DNA of 64,000 nt from a virus. Below are positions 1 through 9,454 of this stretch, piece after piece. The notes beneath the pieces are model-generated. The model was not told the DNA's origin. It searched no databases and saw only the letters and a program-made list of their open reading frames with translations. Numbering within the stretch: the first letter of the stretch is position 1; every line of letters begins with the position of its first letter. The stretch is taken from IMG/VR virus record IMGVR_UViG_3300045988_139374, positions 128,001 to 192,000 of that record. One strand, given 5' to 3'. A program made the position numbers and the translations under genes.

Positions 1-159
1 CATGGTATTAATTCTGAGTCCAAAAAGAAAATTCATAATATTATTTCTGATATGTTTAAATCTATTGCTAATAAGATAGATGCAAGTATATCTAAAAATT
101 ATCCAAAGCTAGAAGGTAATTCCAAAAATATCCAGAAAGCATATTCTCTAATTGGATGA
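1..159 (+). CDS. 3-prime end of a CDS that starts upstream of the window (hypothetical)
   Basis: Frame 1 is open from base 1 to TGA at 157-159 (..KAYSLIG*). No motif recognised. Confidence 0.4.
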   Translation, partial: HGINSESKKKIHNIISDMFKSIANKIDASISKNYPKLEGNSKNIQKAYSLIG

Positions 160-201
160 AGAGCTGTTATAGAAATTCTACTTTCTCTTGTATTGAATAA
201 A

Positions 202-609
202 ATGCTTGGTGGTTTTGGATATACTATTTATAGCTATATTGCTGAGCCCATTATATCTGAAGCTGCAAAAGCGATTGCTGTAAAAGGTAATTTCGATAAA
301 GAATATATTGCAGTCTGTGGCTTGTATGCAATGGCACCTATTGTGGCATTTAAGATTGCAGGTGAAAAGAAGAGTAGTATAGCAGTTTTTGCAAAGAGCA
401 CTGTTGTAAACTTTGGATTGAATGCCATCACTCAATTAATTCAGCATGTTATGAATAGTGATAAATTCAAAGATAAGTTTAATATTGATAAGAATAATAA
501 AGATAGTAATGATAAATGCACATTTGCATCTTATATTATTTCTACATTGATTCATTCTTCTTGGAAAATTATTCCCGATGCAGTTTTCCGTGCTTCGCTT
601 CATATTTAA
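202..609 (+). CDS. hypothetical protein
   Basis: ORF track 193..609 starts at TTG; the first in-frame ATG is at 202. No convincing SD. A terminator follows. Confidence 0.4.
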   Translation: MLGGFGYTIYSYIAEPIISEAAKAIAVKGNFDKEYIAVCGLYAMAPIVAFKIAGEKKSSIAVFAKSTVVNFGLNAITQLIQHVMNSDKFKDKFNIDKNNKDSNDKCTFASYIISTLIHSSWKIIPDAVFRASLHI

Positions 610-617
610 ATGAGAAT

Positions 618-655
618 AAGAGGTAGCAAAATATTTTGCTACCTCTTATTTTTTA
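618..655 (+). terminator. rho-independent terminator
   Basis: 14-bp stem AAGAGGTAGCAAAA / TTTTGCTACCTCTT followed by a T-run. Confidence 0.7.
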
Positions 656-691
656 TTGAATTTCACATTAAATTAAAAGGAGGATATCATT

Positions 692-2602
692 ATGGAATAT
701 CTTAATGAAGTGTATTTTGGTAAAGAATCTATTAAGCCTTTTCAAGATGCATTTTCCAAAGTTAGAGCTAAGCTAAGAAATAAGCCTGTTACTTCTACTA
801 CTAATCAAGATCCTGAAATTTTGAAATTTAATAGAGTAGCAGAGAATACATTTGGCTTCAGATCTTTTGCTCTATATATTCAGCCTGATAATTCTTATAA
901 TGCTGGAGCTTATCCTATTGATAATTTCTATACCGAAGAGGAAAAGAAAGAACTTCTAAAAAATCTTATTTCTAATCCTACTGGATTTAAATATAAGAAA
1001 GTATTTCCTGGAGTTTGTTTTGTTATGACTATTAATAGTGGTCTATTTAATTCTGAAGATTTTTCTGATGAAGAATTGATTGCTGTTACTCTTCATGAAG
1101 TCGGTCATAGCTTCTTTGAAGCGGTCATGAATAAAGATAGTAACTATACTTCTGCTAGACGTCTTAATGGACTAATTTCTAAGGTTAATGATCTTATCAA
1201 AGATAAGATAAAATCTGGTAAAGCTGTTACTATTGAGATTATCAATACTGAACTTAATAAATTTAACTCTGCCATTACTAGTGTAAGACGAAATCTTACT
1301 AAGCTTCTTCCTAAATTCTTTAAAGAATCTATGGAAGATAATATGAAACGATCTCGTTTTGATTATACAAATGAAAAATTTGCAGATACATTTGCTGCAA
1401 TGTTTGGATATTCCGATGAGCTTCATACATGCCTTACCAAGATTACCAATAAAGTCTATTATGATTATTATGGTATTCGTACTTATCCTAAATTTGTAGA
1501 ATACTTCAAAGCATATATTCTTTACTTTAATGATTTTCTTGCTTATGTAACTGATGTTCAAGATGAGCATCCTGCAGATCTTGCTAGAATTAAAGTTTCT
1601 ATCGAGTATCTAAAGAGAGAAGTTGCTAAAGAAGGTATCGATCCTAAAACAAAGAAGGAGCTAATTGATCAAATTAGTAAGCTAAATAAGCTTATTGATG
1701 ATTATATTAATTTCCCGAAGGATAAAGATGCAATGCGAGTTATTCGTCTCTACTATACAATGCTTTATAAGAAATTTGGTGGAGATAGGCGTGAACAAGA
1801 TACAGATAATGATGCTCTATTCCAAGGTATCGATGATAGATACGATGAAGTAAAAGAAGATGCTGTAATTGAAGCTAGTAATTATTCTGATACAGATATC
1901 TTTCTAGATGTACTTTGTGCTTCTGCAGATAATTATAATGAAGGTGCGATTGATAATATTAAGAAAGACATTCTTAATGTAACAGATCTATGGAAACAAT
2001 GGGAAAAGAGTACTGGGTCTTTCGTTAAGCATAAATGGATTTATAGATACATTGATGAAAAACAAAAAGCTGCTCTTCAAAAGCATATGGATGTTGTTTG
2101 TGCAGAGAAGCCTTTTTATAGTGCTTATAAAAGATCCTTTAATGCTATCTGTAAATTTGTTGGTCTTCCTAATGATTCTGTTATTCTTGAAAATGTAGTC
2201 TTCAAGAAAGACGAAAAGGATAAAGATCAAGATATTATTGCAGTTAAGTATTCTAAGGGTAAAGTAAAAGTTACTATTCCTGAAGGTATTCAATTGATTC
2301 ATACTACACCTGCTGCTGGAATTAAAGAACTTATTCCTTCGTTCAAATCTAAAGTTGCTGGTAAGTATATGTATCCAACTCGTAGAGTCTTCTTTTCTTG
2401 TATTAATCCTATTGCTGCAACTCAAGCAGGACTTGAGGGTAAGAAACTAGTAAGATTTACACCTAAAGAACGTATTACAACTGCTTATATTGATCCTACT
2501 TATAGTGAATTTTCTAGTAATTCTGTTTACGTAGAAACTGAAAGACCTATTCCTGTAGAATCTTTCCGTACATTCATTGATAAGCTATTTCATAAATCTT
2601 AA
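692..2602 (+). CDS. zincin-like metallopeptidase-motif protein (HExxH)
   Basis: AGGAGG lies upstream of the ATG. Contains the motif TLHEVGHSF. The C-terminal ~190 aa are paralogous to the next gene (AGIKELIP, YIDP, VYVET..PIPV). Confidence 0.65.
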   Translation: MEYLNEVYFGKESIKPFQDAFSKVRAKLRNKPVTSTTNQDPEILKFNRVAENTFGFRSFALYIQPDNSYNAGAYPIDNFYTEEEKKELLKNLISNPTGFKYKKVFPGVCFVMTINSGLFNSEDFSDEELIAVTLHEVGHSFFEAVMNKDSNYTSARRLNGLISKVNDLIKDKIKSGKAVTIEIINTELNKFNSAITSVRRNLTKLLPKFFKESMEDNMKRSRFDYTNEKFADTFAAMFGYSDELHTCLTKITNKVYYDYYGIRTYPKFVEYFKAYILYFNDFLAYVTDVQDEHPADLARIKVSIEYLKREVAKEGIDPKTKKELIDQISKLNKLIDDYINFPKDKDAMRVIRLYYTMLYKKFGGDRREQDTDNDALFQGIDDRYDEVKEDAVIEASNYSDTDIFLDVLCASADNYNEGAIDNIKKDILNVTDLWKQWEKSTGSFVKHKWIYRYIDEKQKAALQKHMDVVCAEKPFYSAYKRSFNAICKFVGLPNDSVILENVVFKKDEKDKDQDIIAVKYSKGKVKVTIPEGIQLIHTTPAAGIKELIPSFKSKVAGKYMYPTRRVFFSCINPIAATQAGLEGKKLVRFTPKERITTAYIDPTYSEFSSNSVYVETERPIPVESFRTFIDKLFHKS

Positions 2603-2622
2603 TGAAAGGAGTCTGATATATA

Positions 2623-3327
2623 ATGGAAGAGATGACTAATTATCAATCTCTTCAGGAGCTATTCGTAGATAAAGAAACTCAAGAACTCATTAAGAAATGG
2701 AAAATGTCTAATGAGAAGCAAAAGAAGGAAGTATTTAAATCTACACTTTCTGATGCTGAATATCAGAAGTTGGCTCCTATCTTTAAAACTCTTAAAGAAG
2801 AAACAGAAAACTATGCTCCTTACTATAAAGCATTTAAAGCTCTCTGCAAATTCTGCCATATCGTTCCTAATGGAACTATTATTACTAAATATAAACTTAA
2901 GAAGGGTAAAAAGGAAGATGATAGCATTATTCTAGTAGAATATACCTATAATGCTAAGCCTATTACTCTTCCTGCTGGAACTAAACTTTATCATCAGTCT
3001 GTTGTTGCTGGTATTAAAGAACTTATTCCTAAGTGGAAACTTCGTGGTAAGAGTGAGAATGGATATCTTTGTGAAGCTCCTAGGATTTATCTTACTATGA
3101 GTAAATCTCTACCTACAATTAGTACTGATAATAAATTTATGAGCAAAATGCATACTTATGAAGTGCTACGACAGCCTACAAAGGTTTATATTGATCCTCT
3201 ACTTCCTGATGTATTCCAAAAGGCTGTTTATGTAGAAACTGTTACTCCAATTCCTGTTAAGGAAATCGAAAAGGAGTCTCTAGTTAAGAAAGCTTCTGAT
3301 GCTGTAAAGAAAACTATTCTGAAATAA
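2623..3327 (+). CDS. hypothetical protein, paralogue of the C-terminal domain of 692..2602
   Basis: SD AAAGGAG. Shares the motifs YKAFKALCKF, AGIKELIP, VYIDP and VYVETVTPIPV with the upstream protein. Confidence 0.65.
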   Translation: MEEMTNYQSLQELFVDKETQELIKKWKMSNEKQKKEVFKSTLSDAEYQKLAPIFKTLKEETENYAPYYKAFKALCKFCHIVPNGTIITKYKLKKGKKEDDSIILVEYTYNAKPITLPAGTKLYHQSVVAGIKELIPKWKLRGKSENGYLCEAPRIYLTMSKSLPTISTDNKFMSKMHTYEVLRQPTKVYIDPLLPDVFQKAVYVETVTPIPVKEIEKESLVKKASDAVKKTILK

Positions 3328-3351
3328 AATATATAAAGGAGAATATTAATC

Positions 3352-4281
3352 ATGGCTTTCAAATATGATGAACCTATTAAAGAGTATATTGTAGATCAGC
3401 CTCTCACTGAAGCTCAGTGTGATCATCTTTTGCAAATTGCTATGGAAGCTGCTAAGTCTGATGATCCTAAGAAGTATATTCAAGAGGCTGGAGAAGCTCT
3501 AATGCTTGGTGGTATGGCAGTTACTGTCATTATTGCTTGGCTTATGAAGTTTCTAAAAAATAAATATACTATTAATATTAATAAGCTTTCTTCTCAATCT
3601 AAAGAGCTTAATGATATCTATACTAAGGTAAATGATCTTCTTAAGCATGATAAGATGGCTCGCTTTAAGCATCGCAATGATAAAGTCAATGCTACTATGA
3701 AGATAATTCTTCTAAGAGATAAGAATAATCCTAATACATACTACAAGCTTACAGTAGATGAACTTATTTGGAATTCTGAATATGTAGTCAATTTCATTGA
3801 TAATACTATGGCTACTGTTATCAATACCAATGATGAGAAGACTAGACAGAATATATTTGATTCTGCATATACCGATATTATTAGCCAGATTGATAGTACA
3901 TTTACTAAGAATCATGGATATATTACTTATACAGAGCCTTTTATCCAGAATACTGATTATAAGAATCAGAGGCTCGAAGATGTACTAATGATTTATAAAG
4001 ATAATATTGGTGTTGTTTATTATAATATTGCCTATATGAATAAAACTGTTTCTAGTCAGATGAAATATTTGCAGTTTGCTCAACAAGCTTATAATCGTAT
4101 GATTGGAAAGTATGGTAAAGATAAACTTGGTAAGAAAATGGTTGAAGATGTCTTTAAGAAAATACTAACATATGCTGGTATGTCTATTGATTTCAATGAT
4201 GCTATTACTGATTCTATGCTAGAAGTAATTCGTTATTATACAAATGCTCTAAATGAGCTGTATAATTTTATTAAGGATTAA
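3352..4281 (+). CDS. hypothetical protein (one predicted hydrophobic helix near aa 50-65)
   Basis: SD AAAGGAG. 309-aa ORF with no strong competing frame. Confidence 0.6.
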   Translation: MAFKYDEPIKEYIVDQPLTEAQCDHLLQIAMEAAKSDDPKKYIQEAGEALMLGGMAVTVIIAWLMKFLKNKYTININKLSSQSKELNDIYTKVNDLLKHDKMARFKHRNDKVNATMKIILLRDKNNPNTYYKLTVDELIWNSEYVVNFIDNTMATVINTNDEKTRQNIFDSAYTDIISQIDSTFTKNHGYITYTEPFIQNTDYKNQRLEDVLMIYKDNIGVVYYNIAYMNKTVSSQMKYLQFAQQAYNRMIGKYGKDKLGKKMVEDVFKKILTYAGMSIDFNDAITDSMLEVIRYYTNALNELYNFIKD

Positions 4282-4324
4282 TTTCTAATACTTCTAAATA
4301 ATTACTATAAGGAGGTAATTTATT

Positions 4325-4453
4325 ATGTGTCCTGAAAAGTCTACCGATGCAAAGTATTCTGTTATCACTGAACAGGGTGATCTGGGTCTTGGCGCAGATG
4401 TTCTGTCTGATGACGATCAGAAGATTGTCGAAGAGTCTACAGATAAGCAGTAA
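4325..4453 (+). CDS. small acidic protein (42 aa)
   Basis: Below the ORF-track length cutoff. AAGGAGG lies 8 nt upstream. Reads MCPEKSTDAKYSVITEQGDLGLGADVLSDDDQKIVEESTDKQ*. Uses CTG Leu codons. A terminator follows directly. Confidence 0.5.
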   Translation: MCPEKSTDAKYSVITEQGDLGLGADVLSDDDQKIVEESTDKQ

Positions 4454-4464
4454 TATCTAAATTG

Positions 4465-4499
4465 GGTGGATAGGATTTGCTCCTATCCACCTTTATTTT
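4465..4499 (+). terminator. rho-independent terminator
   Basis: 11-bp stem GGTGGATAGGA / TCCTATCCACC followed by TTTATTTT. Confidence 0.7.
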
Positions 4500-4567
4500 G
4501 GCTTCTCAAAACTTAATATTAATGGTGCTACTTAGTTTTTATTTTTATGAAAAGGAGGCTAAAGCAC

Positions 4568-5500
4568 ATGGCTGATAATGATAAATATATTGCCAGAATT
4601 CCAATCGTGCTTGATGAATTTAAGAATAAGAATAATCATCAAAACCATGAGCTGGTTGTAGATATTGATAATGAAGACCTATATATCAAAAATGGTAATG
4701 GATATATCAATATTACTGGTAAAATTAGAGAACAAATTAAGGAAATTCAGGATGGATCTTCCGTTATTCATGTAGTCACTGAACAGACCATTCCTCCTGT
4801 TAAGGATCGTGAGGAAAACCATTGGTATTATGTAATTACAGATACTGAAGATGCAGATGGTGGTAGTATGTCTACCACTTCTTACATCTATTATGGTCTT
4901 ATTAAGACATATGATACTTCTAAGAATTATCTTCTTATTGCACAAAATACTACTATCGGTTCTGATGTAGTTAAGATGACCATTGCTGAAGGTTATGTAC
5001 CTTGTTTCTACGTTCCTATTAACTATAATGCTAGCTTTAAGAATAATTCTACTAGTAAAACAATTACTGCTACAATAGAAGATCGTGTATATGCAATGAA
5101 CTCTGCTGCTGGCAGCTATATTGCATATGACGTTTATGTTCTTCAACTTTATGATGCTGGTGATTATAATATCAAAATCGATCTTACTGGTAGCAATAAT
5201 TTCTCCATTAACTTTGATACAAATGAAGCAAATGTTCCTGGATTGAAATTACCTGCTACAATGTCTGTTAAAGATGGAGATACTATCGGAACTATTGTAA
5301 CTCCTACATGGACCGATCCTAGATTTATTTTCAAAGGTTGGTCTACTAGTAAAATTGCTGCTACTATTATTGATCCAACTAAGTATAAGCCTAATGGAAA
5401 TATGACTTTGTTTGCTTGGTTTGAATACAATACTAGTACTACAGCTCTTGCATATTATGCTACTTGCCTATCTTCTACTAATAAAGCAGTGGAGGGTTAA
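4568..5500 (+). CDS. putative fibre/adhesin protein with a C-terminal InlB-B (Flg_new)-type repeat
   Basis: AGGAGG precedes the ATG at 4568; the track start at 4547 has no SD. The C-terminus FDTNEANVPG..FIFKGWSTS..NMTLFAWF fits the Listeria-Bacteroides repeat pattern. Confidence 0.55.
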   Translation: MADNDKYIARIPIVLDEFKNKNNHQNHELVVDIDNEDLYIKNGNGYINITGKIREQIKEIQDGSSVIHVVTEQTIPPVKDREENHWYYVITDTEDADGGSMSTTSYIYYGLIKTYDTSKNYLLIAQNTTIGSDVVKMTIAEGYVPCFYVPINYNASFKNNSTSKTITATIEDRVYAMNSAAGSYIAYDVYVLQLYDAGDYNIKIDLTGSNNFSINFDTNEANVPGLKLPATMSVKDGDTIGTIVTPTWTDPRFIFKGWSTSKIAATIIDPTKYKPNGNMTLFAWFEYNTSTTALAYYATCLSSTNKAVEG

Positions 5501-5502
5501 TT

Positions 5503-6654
5503 ATGGAAGATAATAATATTGTAATTGGATCTTTCTGCTCCACTGCAGAAAAAGATACATATGTTTATCCTAAAGAGATTCCTGGATATATAGCTCCTGA
5601 ACCTCAGATTCTGAAAGAAGATAATCAACGGTTCAATTTCATTTATACTCCTATTGAATATTCAATTGGATATAACCTAGATGGTGGTGAAATTGATGTT
5701 GATCTAAAATCTTCGTATACTATAGAAGATGATACCTATACACCTCCTATTCCTACAAGAAAAGATTTTGTATTCAATGGGTGGGAACCTAAATCTATTC
5801 CTGCTGGAACTATTGGAGATATTAATTTTACTGCCACTTGGAAATCTCTTCCGATTCTTAAAACTGGTACTGAACTTAATAAGATCTTTGAAACTATTGC
5901 TGGCAGTAAAGATAATATTCTAGGATTTAGAATTGTAGATTATATTAATAACTGTGTAGATGTATCTTCTACTATTACTCCTATTTATGCATCTTATGAT
6001 GACGGAATTATCAATCTTGCTTGTGAAGATGCAATTCATTGCAATGATGATATGAGTCATGCTTTTGAAGGTTTTTCTTCTCTCTACGATATTAGTTGCT
6101 TCTCTTACTTTATTGCAGCTAATGGAATGAATTGCAATTCAATGTTTAAAGATTGTATTGCTCTCTCAGATGTCCAATCTGTGGAGTATTGGAATAATGA
6201 TAAAACATTTGGTGATATTACTGATGCTTTCCTGAATACTAGTGCACTTGATGCTAATAGAACTCCTAATTGGTATATTTGGAATGTAAATATCAAATAT
6301 ATCTCTTCTTCTGGAAAGATTCTAAAAGATACTCATGTAAATAAGAAACCTGGAGAAATTGTATATCCTATTAGTATTGATGGATATAAATGCAATACTA
6401 ATTCTATTATCATAGATTCTTATGATAATATTTATACATTTATCTATACTCCTATTGAATATGAGATTAGATATAGTCTAGACAATGGAGTGCTTCCTTT
6501 TGCTAAAACTAATTATAATATTGAAGAGGAAGATTTCTATCCTGCTAAGCCTGTAAAGGATGGATATACTTTTACCAATTGGGATCCTGAATATATTCCT
6601 TCTGGTAGTACAGGTAATTATAATTTCATTGCAAATTATGCACCAAATAATTAA
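5503..6654 (+). CDS. putative adhesin: two InlB-B (Flg_new) repeats flanking a BspA/DUF285-like LRR region
   Basis: SD GGAGGG. Two repeats: YNLDGGEIDV..FVFNGWEP and YSLDNGVLPF..YTFTNWDP. The middle region (MFKDCIALSDV, AFEGFSSLYDIS) resembles DUF285/BspA LRRs. Confidence 0.55.
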   Translation: MEDNNIVIGSFCSTAEKDTYVYPKEIPGYIAPEPQILKEDNQRFNFIYTPIEYSIGYNLDGGEIDVDLKSSYTIEDDTYTPPIPTRKDFVFNGWEPKSIPAGTIGDINFTATWKSLPILKTGTELNKIFETIAGSKDNILGFRIVDYINNCVDVSSTITPIYASYDDGIINLACEDAIHCNDDMSHAFEGFSSLYDISCFSYFIAANGMNCNSMFKDCIALSDVQSVEYWNNDKTFGDITDAFLNTSALDANRTPNWYIWNVNIKYISSSGKILKDTHVNKKPGEIVYPISIDGYKCNTNSIIIDSYDNIYTFIYTPIEYEIRYSLDNGVLPFAKTNYNIEEEDFYPAKPVKDGYTFTNWDPEYIPSGSTGNYNFIANYAPNN

Positions 6655-6675
6655 AATAAAGGAGAGAAATAATCA

Positions 6676-7830
6676 ATGGATTCTAAGATTGAAAATCTAA
6701 TTAGTGATATTGAGAAACTCCGTGATCTTTCTACTTCAAAATCTGCTGTAGAAAATATTAGAAAAGATCTGAATCTCATTATTACTACTGGCAAGTGTAG
6801 AGAATTCATCTATACAAATAATATAGATAAGCTTCCTTTTGGATGTATTGTTTTTCCTACTTTTGCAGACTTTGATATCAATGCTTTCTTTATTGCTGGA
6901 GAGCCTTGTAAGGTTGGAGAATATAAGTGTGAAATTGATTCTAAGATGTTTGATTACGGTCTGACAAATGAAGAAGTAGCACAGATTATTCTATTTAATG
7001 CTTATCATATGACTGCTGACTCTAGACCTTCTGAAGTTGTTAGAGAGCATATTGATATTTTCTTTACTAAAGAAAATACTCAGCTGATTATTAGAGATTG
7101 TGTTCAGTATAAAACTATTCTATCCTTTGGTCTAGCTGATGCTTTGTCTACGGTTACTTCTTGCTTCGCTCTTCCTGATGATGTAGAAGCAGATGCTTAT
7201 CTATCTTCTCTTGGATTTGCAGAAGGTTCTTTTAAGATTGGTATAGATAAGCTGTTTCAAGAAATGCTTGGATGTGAAAATGAAGTTAAGCGTCAGGTTA
7301 ATCTGTCTATGCTTGATTGGTCTCTGAGACTATATTGCAACGTAGACTCTGAACGTCCTGCTGCAATTCATCTTCTTTCTAAGTGTAAAGATATTACTGC
7401 TTCTATTCTATACATTAAGAAAGTTGAATCTGTTATCAATTCTCTAAATAGAATTGATACTGACGCTTATATCACAGAAGCTGTAAATCAAATCTTTACA
7501 GAATCTAAGAAGAATGGTGGATTCCTGGGATATCTAAAATATTCTGGACTTAGAGATGTAGAGAATGATCTCTATGAATTCCAAGTCAGAGCAAAGAATG
7601 CAGAATCTGAACAAGATGTGCTATATGCTCTAAAGCAGATTAATGCTAGACTTACTATTCTATCTGACTACATCCGTGAAAATCGTAATGATCCTGATAT
7701 TGATCATTGGATTGCAGTCAAGGAAGAATATGAAGATCTTCGTATGATTCTTGCTAAGAAGAATCTACATAAGAGAGCTTATGGCATCTTTGTTGATTAC
7801 GATGCTCTCGATAATTATGAAGAATTTTAA
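6676..7830 (+). CDS. hypothetical protein
   Basis: SD AAAGGAG. 384-aa ORF with a terminator after it. Confidence 0.6.
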   Translation: MDSKIENLISDIEKLRDLSTSKSAVENIRKDLNLIITTGKCREFIYTNNIDKLPFGCIVFPTFADFDINAFFIAGEPCKVGEYKCEIDSKMFDYGLTNEEVAQIILFNAYHMTADSRPSEVVREHIDIFFTKENTQLIIRDCVQYKTILSFGLADALSTVTSCFALPDDVEADAYLSSLGFAEGSFKIGIDKLFQEMLGCENEVKRQVNLSMLDWSLRLYCNVDSERPAAIHLLSKCKDITASILYIKKVESVINSLNRIDTDAYITEAVNQIFTESKKNGGFLGYLKYSGLRDVENDLYEFQVRAKNAESEQDVLYALKQINARLTILSDYIRENRNDPDIDHWIAVKEEYEDLRMILAKKNLHKRAYGIFVDYDALDNYEEF

Positions 7831-7843
7831 TTAAAATAAATAA

Positions 7844-7880
7844 AATCCTCTATGGTTTTATGCCATAGAGGATTATTTTT
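7844..7880 (+). terminator. rho-independent terminator
   Basis: 12-bp stem AATCCTCTATGG / CCATAGAGGATT followed by a T-run. Confidence 0.7.
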
Positions 7881-7902
7881 CTATTTATTAACATTTGTTC
7901 AT

Positions 7903-7918
7903 AATTTGTTAACAAATT
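7903..7918. promoter_or_regulatory. 16-bp perfect palindrome AATTTGTTAACAAATT (candidate operator)
   Basis: Read directly from the sequence. Lies at the left edge of the large intergenic region. Confidence 0.3.
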
Positions 7919-7921
7919 TTG

Positions 7922-8017
7922 TCAAAAATACCCTATTTTTGGCAAAGTAAACTTTTTTTCAGATAGATATTTTAATAGTGTAATTTATTTAAAATTAAAA
8001 TTAATGATTATTAATAA
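7922..8017 (+). repeat. intergenic direct repeat, module A copy 1
   Basis: TCAAAAATACCCTATTTTTGGCAAAGTAAAC..TTTCAGATAGATATTTTAATAGTGTA.. recurs imperfectly at 8286-8397. Confidence 0.6.
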
Positions 8018-8191
8018 TAAAAAAGATTTATATGTTTATATATTAACTATGATTATACTACTTATATACTATGATTCGTCTTAATTCCTAAACTGATATT
8101 ATACTATTCCTCAAGCAAAAAATGATTCTATTGATAATATTGACCCTTGTTCTAAAATGATTAATCTATTTAATAATCGTTCCTTAGTATA

Positions 8192-8225
8192 GTAGATTGA
8201 TCTTATAAGCATAAGATCAATCTAC
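8192..8225. other. 15-bp perfect hairpin / inverted repeat
   Basis: GTAGATTGATCTTAT aagc ATAAGATCAATCTAC. No T-run follows, so it does not look like a typical terminator. Confidence 0.5.
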
Positions 8226-8238
8226 ACATTTACACTAT

Positions 8239-8285
8239 CAAAATAACTGTGGAGGAATTTAAAAAGTTTCACTTTTTAAGATTTT
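8239..8285 (+). repeat. intergenic direct repeat, module B copy 1
   Basis: CAAAATAACTGTGGAGGAATTTAAAAAGTTTCACTTTTTAAG recurs at 8474-8520. Confidence 0.55.
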
Positions 8286-8397
8286 TCAAAAAACCCTTAA
8301 AAATGGCAAAGTAAAAAAATTTTTCAGACATATATTTTAATATTGTATATATTAAAATTAAAATAATCTTGTTAATTTTAATGATGATTATTAAGTA
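8286..8397 (+). repeat. intergenic direct repeat, module A copy 2
   Basis: TCAAAAAACCCTTAAAAATGGCAAAGTAAAAAAATTTTTCAGACATATATTTTAATATTGTA.. Confidence 0.6.
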
Positions 8398-8473
8398 ATA
8401 TCTCACTTATTCTAATTAAGATAATACTTATCTTAAAGAAACAACAAATAATGAATATACTAGTATATCCATA

Positions 8474-8520
8474 TTAAAATAACTACGGGGGAATTTATAA
8501 AGTTTCACTTTATAAAAATT
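8474..8520 (+). repeat. intergenic direct repeat, module B copy 2
   Basis: TTAAAATAACTACGGGGGAATTTATAAAGTTTCACTTTATAAAAATT. Confidence 0.55.
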
Positions 8521-8589
8521 CTTCTTAAAAATAAGAAAAACTTCAAAATAATTATTTTTATAATCTCAAAATAAAGGAGAGAAAGAAGA

Positions 8590-9360
8590 ATGATTTTAGA
8601 AGATAATCAAATAAAAGAATTATTAGAAAAAATAAAAGATCTAGAAATTAAAAATAGTACTAAGAGCAATTATTCTATTGATGATAAAAGAGTTCCTAGG
8701 GTAACAGAAATATTATCTGCAATGATGCATGAAGACAATCTAATGAATTGGGCTAATGGTTTAGGATGGAAAAGAATATCCTATAGAGCATTTATGAAAG
8801 ATGCTCAAGATAAAGGAACTTATTCACATTTAGCAATAGAAATATTCTTAAGACAAGGAAGAATTGATCTAGATACAGATTTACAAATTCCTAATCAAAA
8901 AATTAGAGATACTGTAGAATCTTGTTTAGACGGTTTCATTCAATGGTGGGATGAATTACATAAACTTCATAAAAATATTAAATTAATCTATCTAGAAGAA
9001 ACTATGATCAATGAATATTTTGGAGGAACATGTGATTGTTTACTTCAAGTAGATGGAGAATATTGGTTATTAGACTTTAAGACTTCTAATCATATGAATT
9101 ATAAATATTCTCTACAATTAGCAGCATATCGATATCTTTTAAAAAATACAAAGAATATTAATATTTCTAAATGTATGATTTTAAGATTAGATAAACTAAA
9201 TCATTTTTATGAAACTCAAGAATTTAATCTTAGCAATAAAGATCATCTAAACTATATTGAAAATTGTGAGCAAACATTTATGATTCTTTTAACAGCATTT
9301 AAGATGAGAATGTATACTAATCTTCAATATCAAGAAATTACTAATTTAAACAAAAAATAA
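8590..9360 (+). CDS. PD-(D/E)XK (RecB/Cas4-like) family nuclease
   Basis: SD AAAGGAG. Motifs RVTEIL, GTCDCLLQVDGEYWLLDFKTS (D..D-x-K) and LQLAAYRYLL (QxxxY). Confidence 0.6.
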   Translation: MILEDNQIKELLEKIKDLEIKNSTKSNYSIDDKRVPRVTEILSAMMHEDNLMNWANGLGWKRISYRAFMKDAQDKGTYSHLAIEIFLRQGRIDLDTDLQIPNQKIRDTVESCLDGFIQWWDELHKLHKNIKLIYLEETMINEYFGGTCDCLLQVDGEYWLLDFKTSNHMNYKYSLQLAAYRYLLKNTKNINISKCMILRLDKLNHFYETQEFNLSNKDHLNYIENCEQTFMILLTAFKMRMYTNLQYQEITNLNKK

Positions 9361-9365
9361 TAACA

Positions 9366-9399
9366 TGGAGTACTACGACGTAGTACTCCATTATTTTTT
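9366..9399 (+). terminator. rho-independent terminator
   Basis: 10-bp stem TGGAGTACTA / TAGTACTCCA followed by a T-run. Confidence 0.7.
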
Positions 9400-9454
9400 C
9401 ATTATATAAAAAACTTTCTTAGTAATCATATCTATTTTGGAAGGAGTAGAAAAT

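Noticed and set aside
7460-7466. An additional TGACGCT inside CDS 6676..7830 (..GAT ACT GAC GCT TAT ATC..)
   Set aside because: From the base composition I roughly estimate that a few chance occurrences of this 7-mer are expected in 64 kb counting both strands. This copy lacks the TCTATTAAG arm, sits in an unrelated gene and has no cassette-like context.
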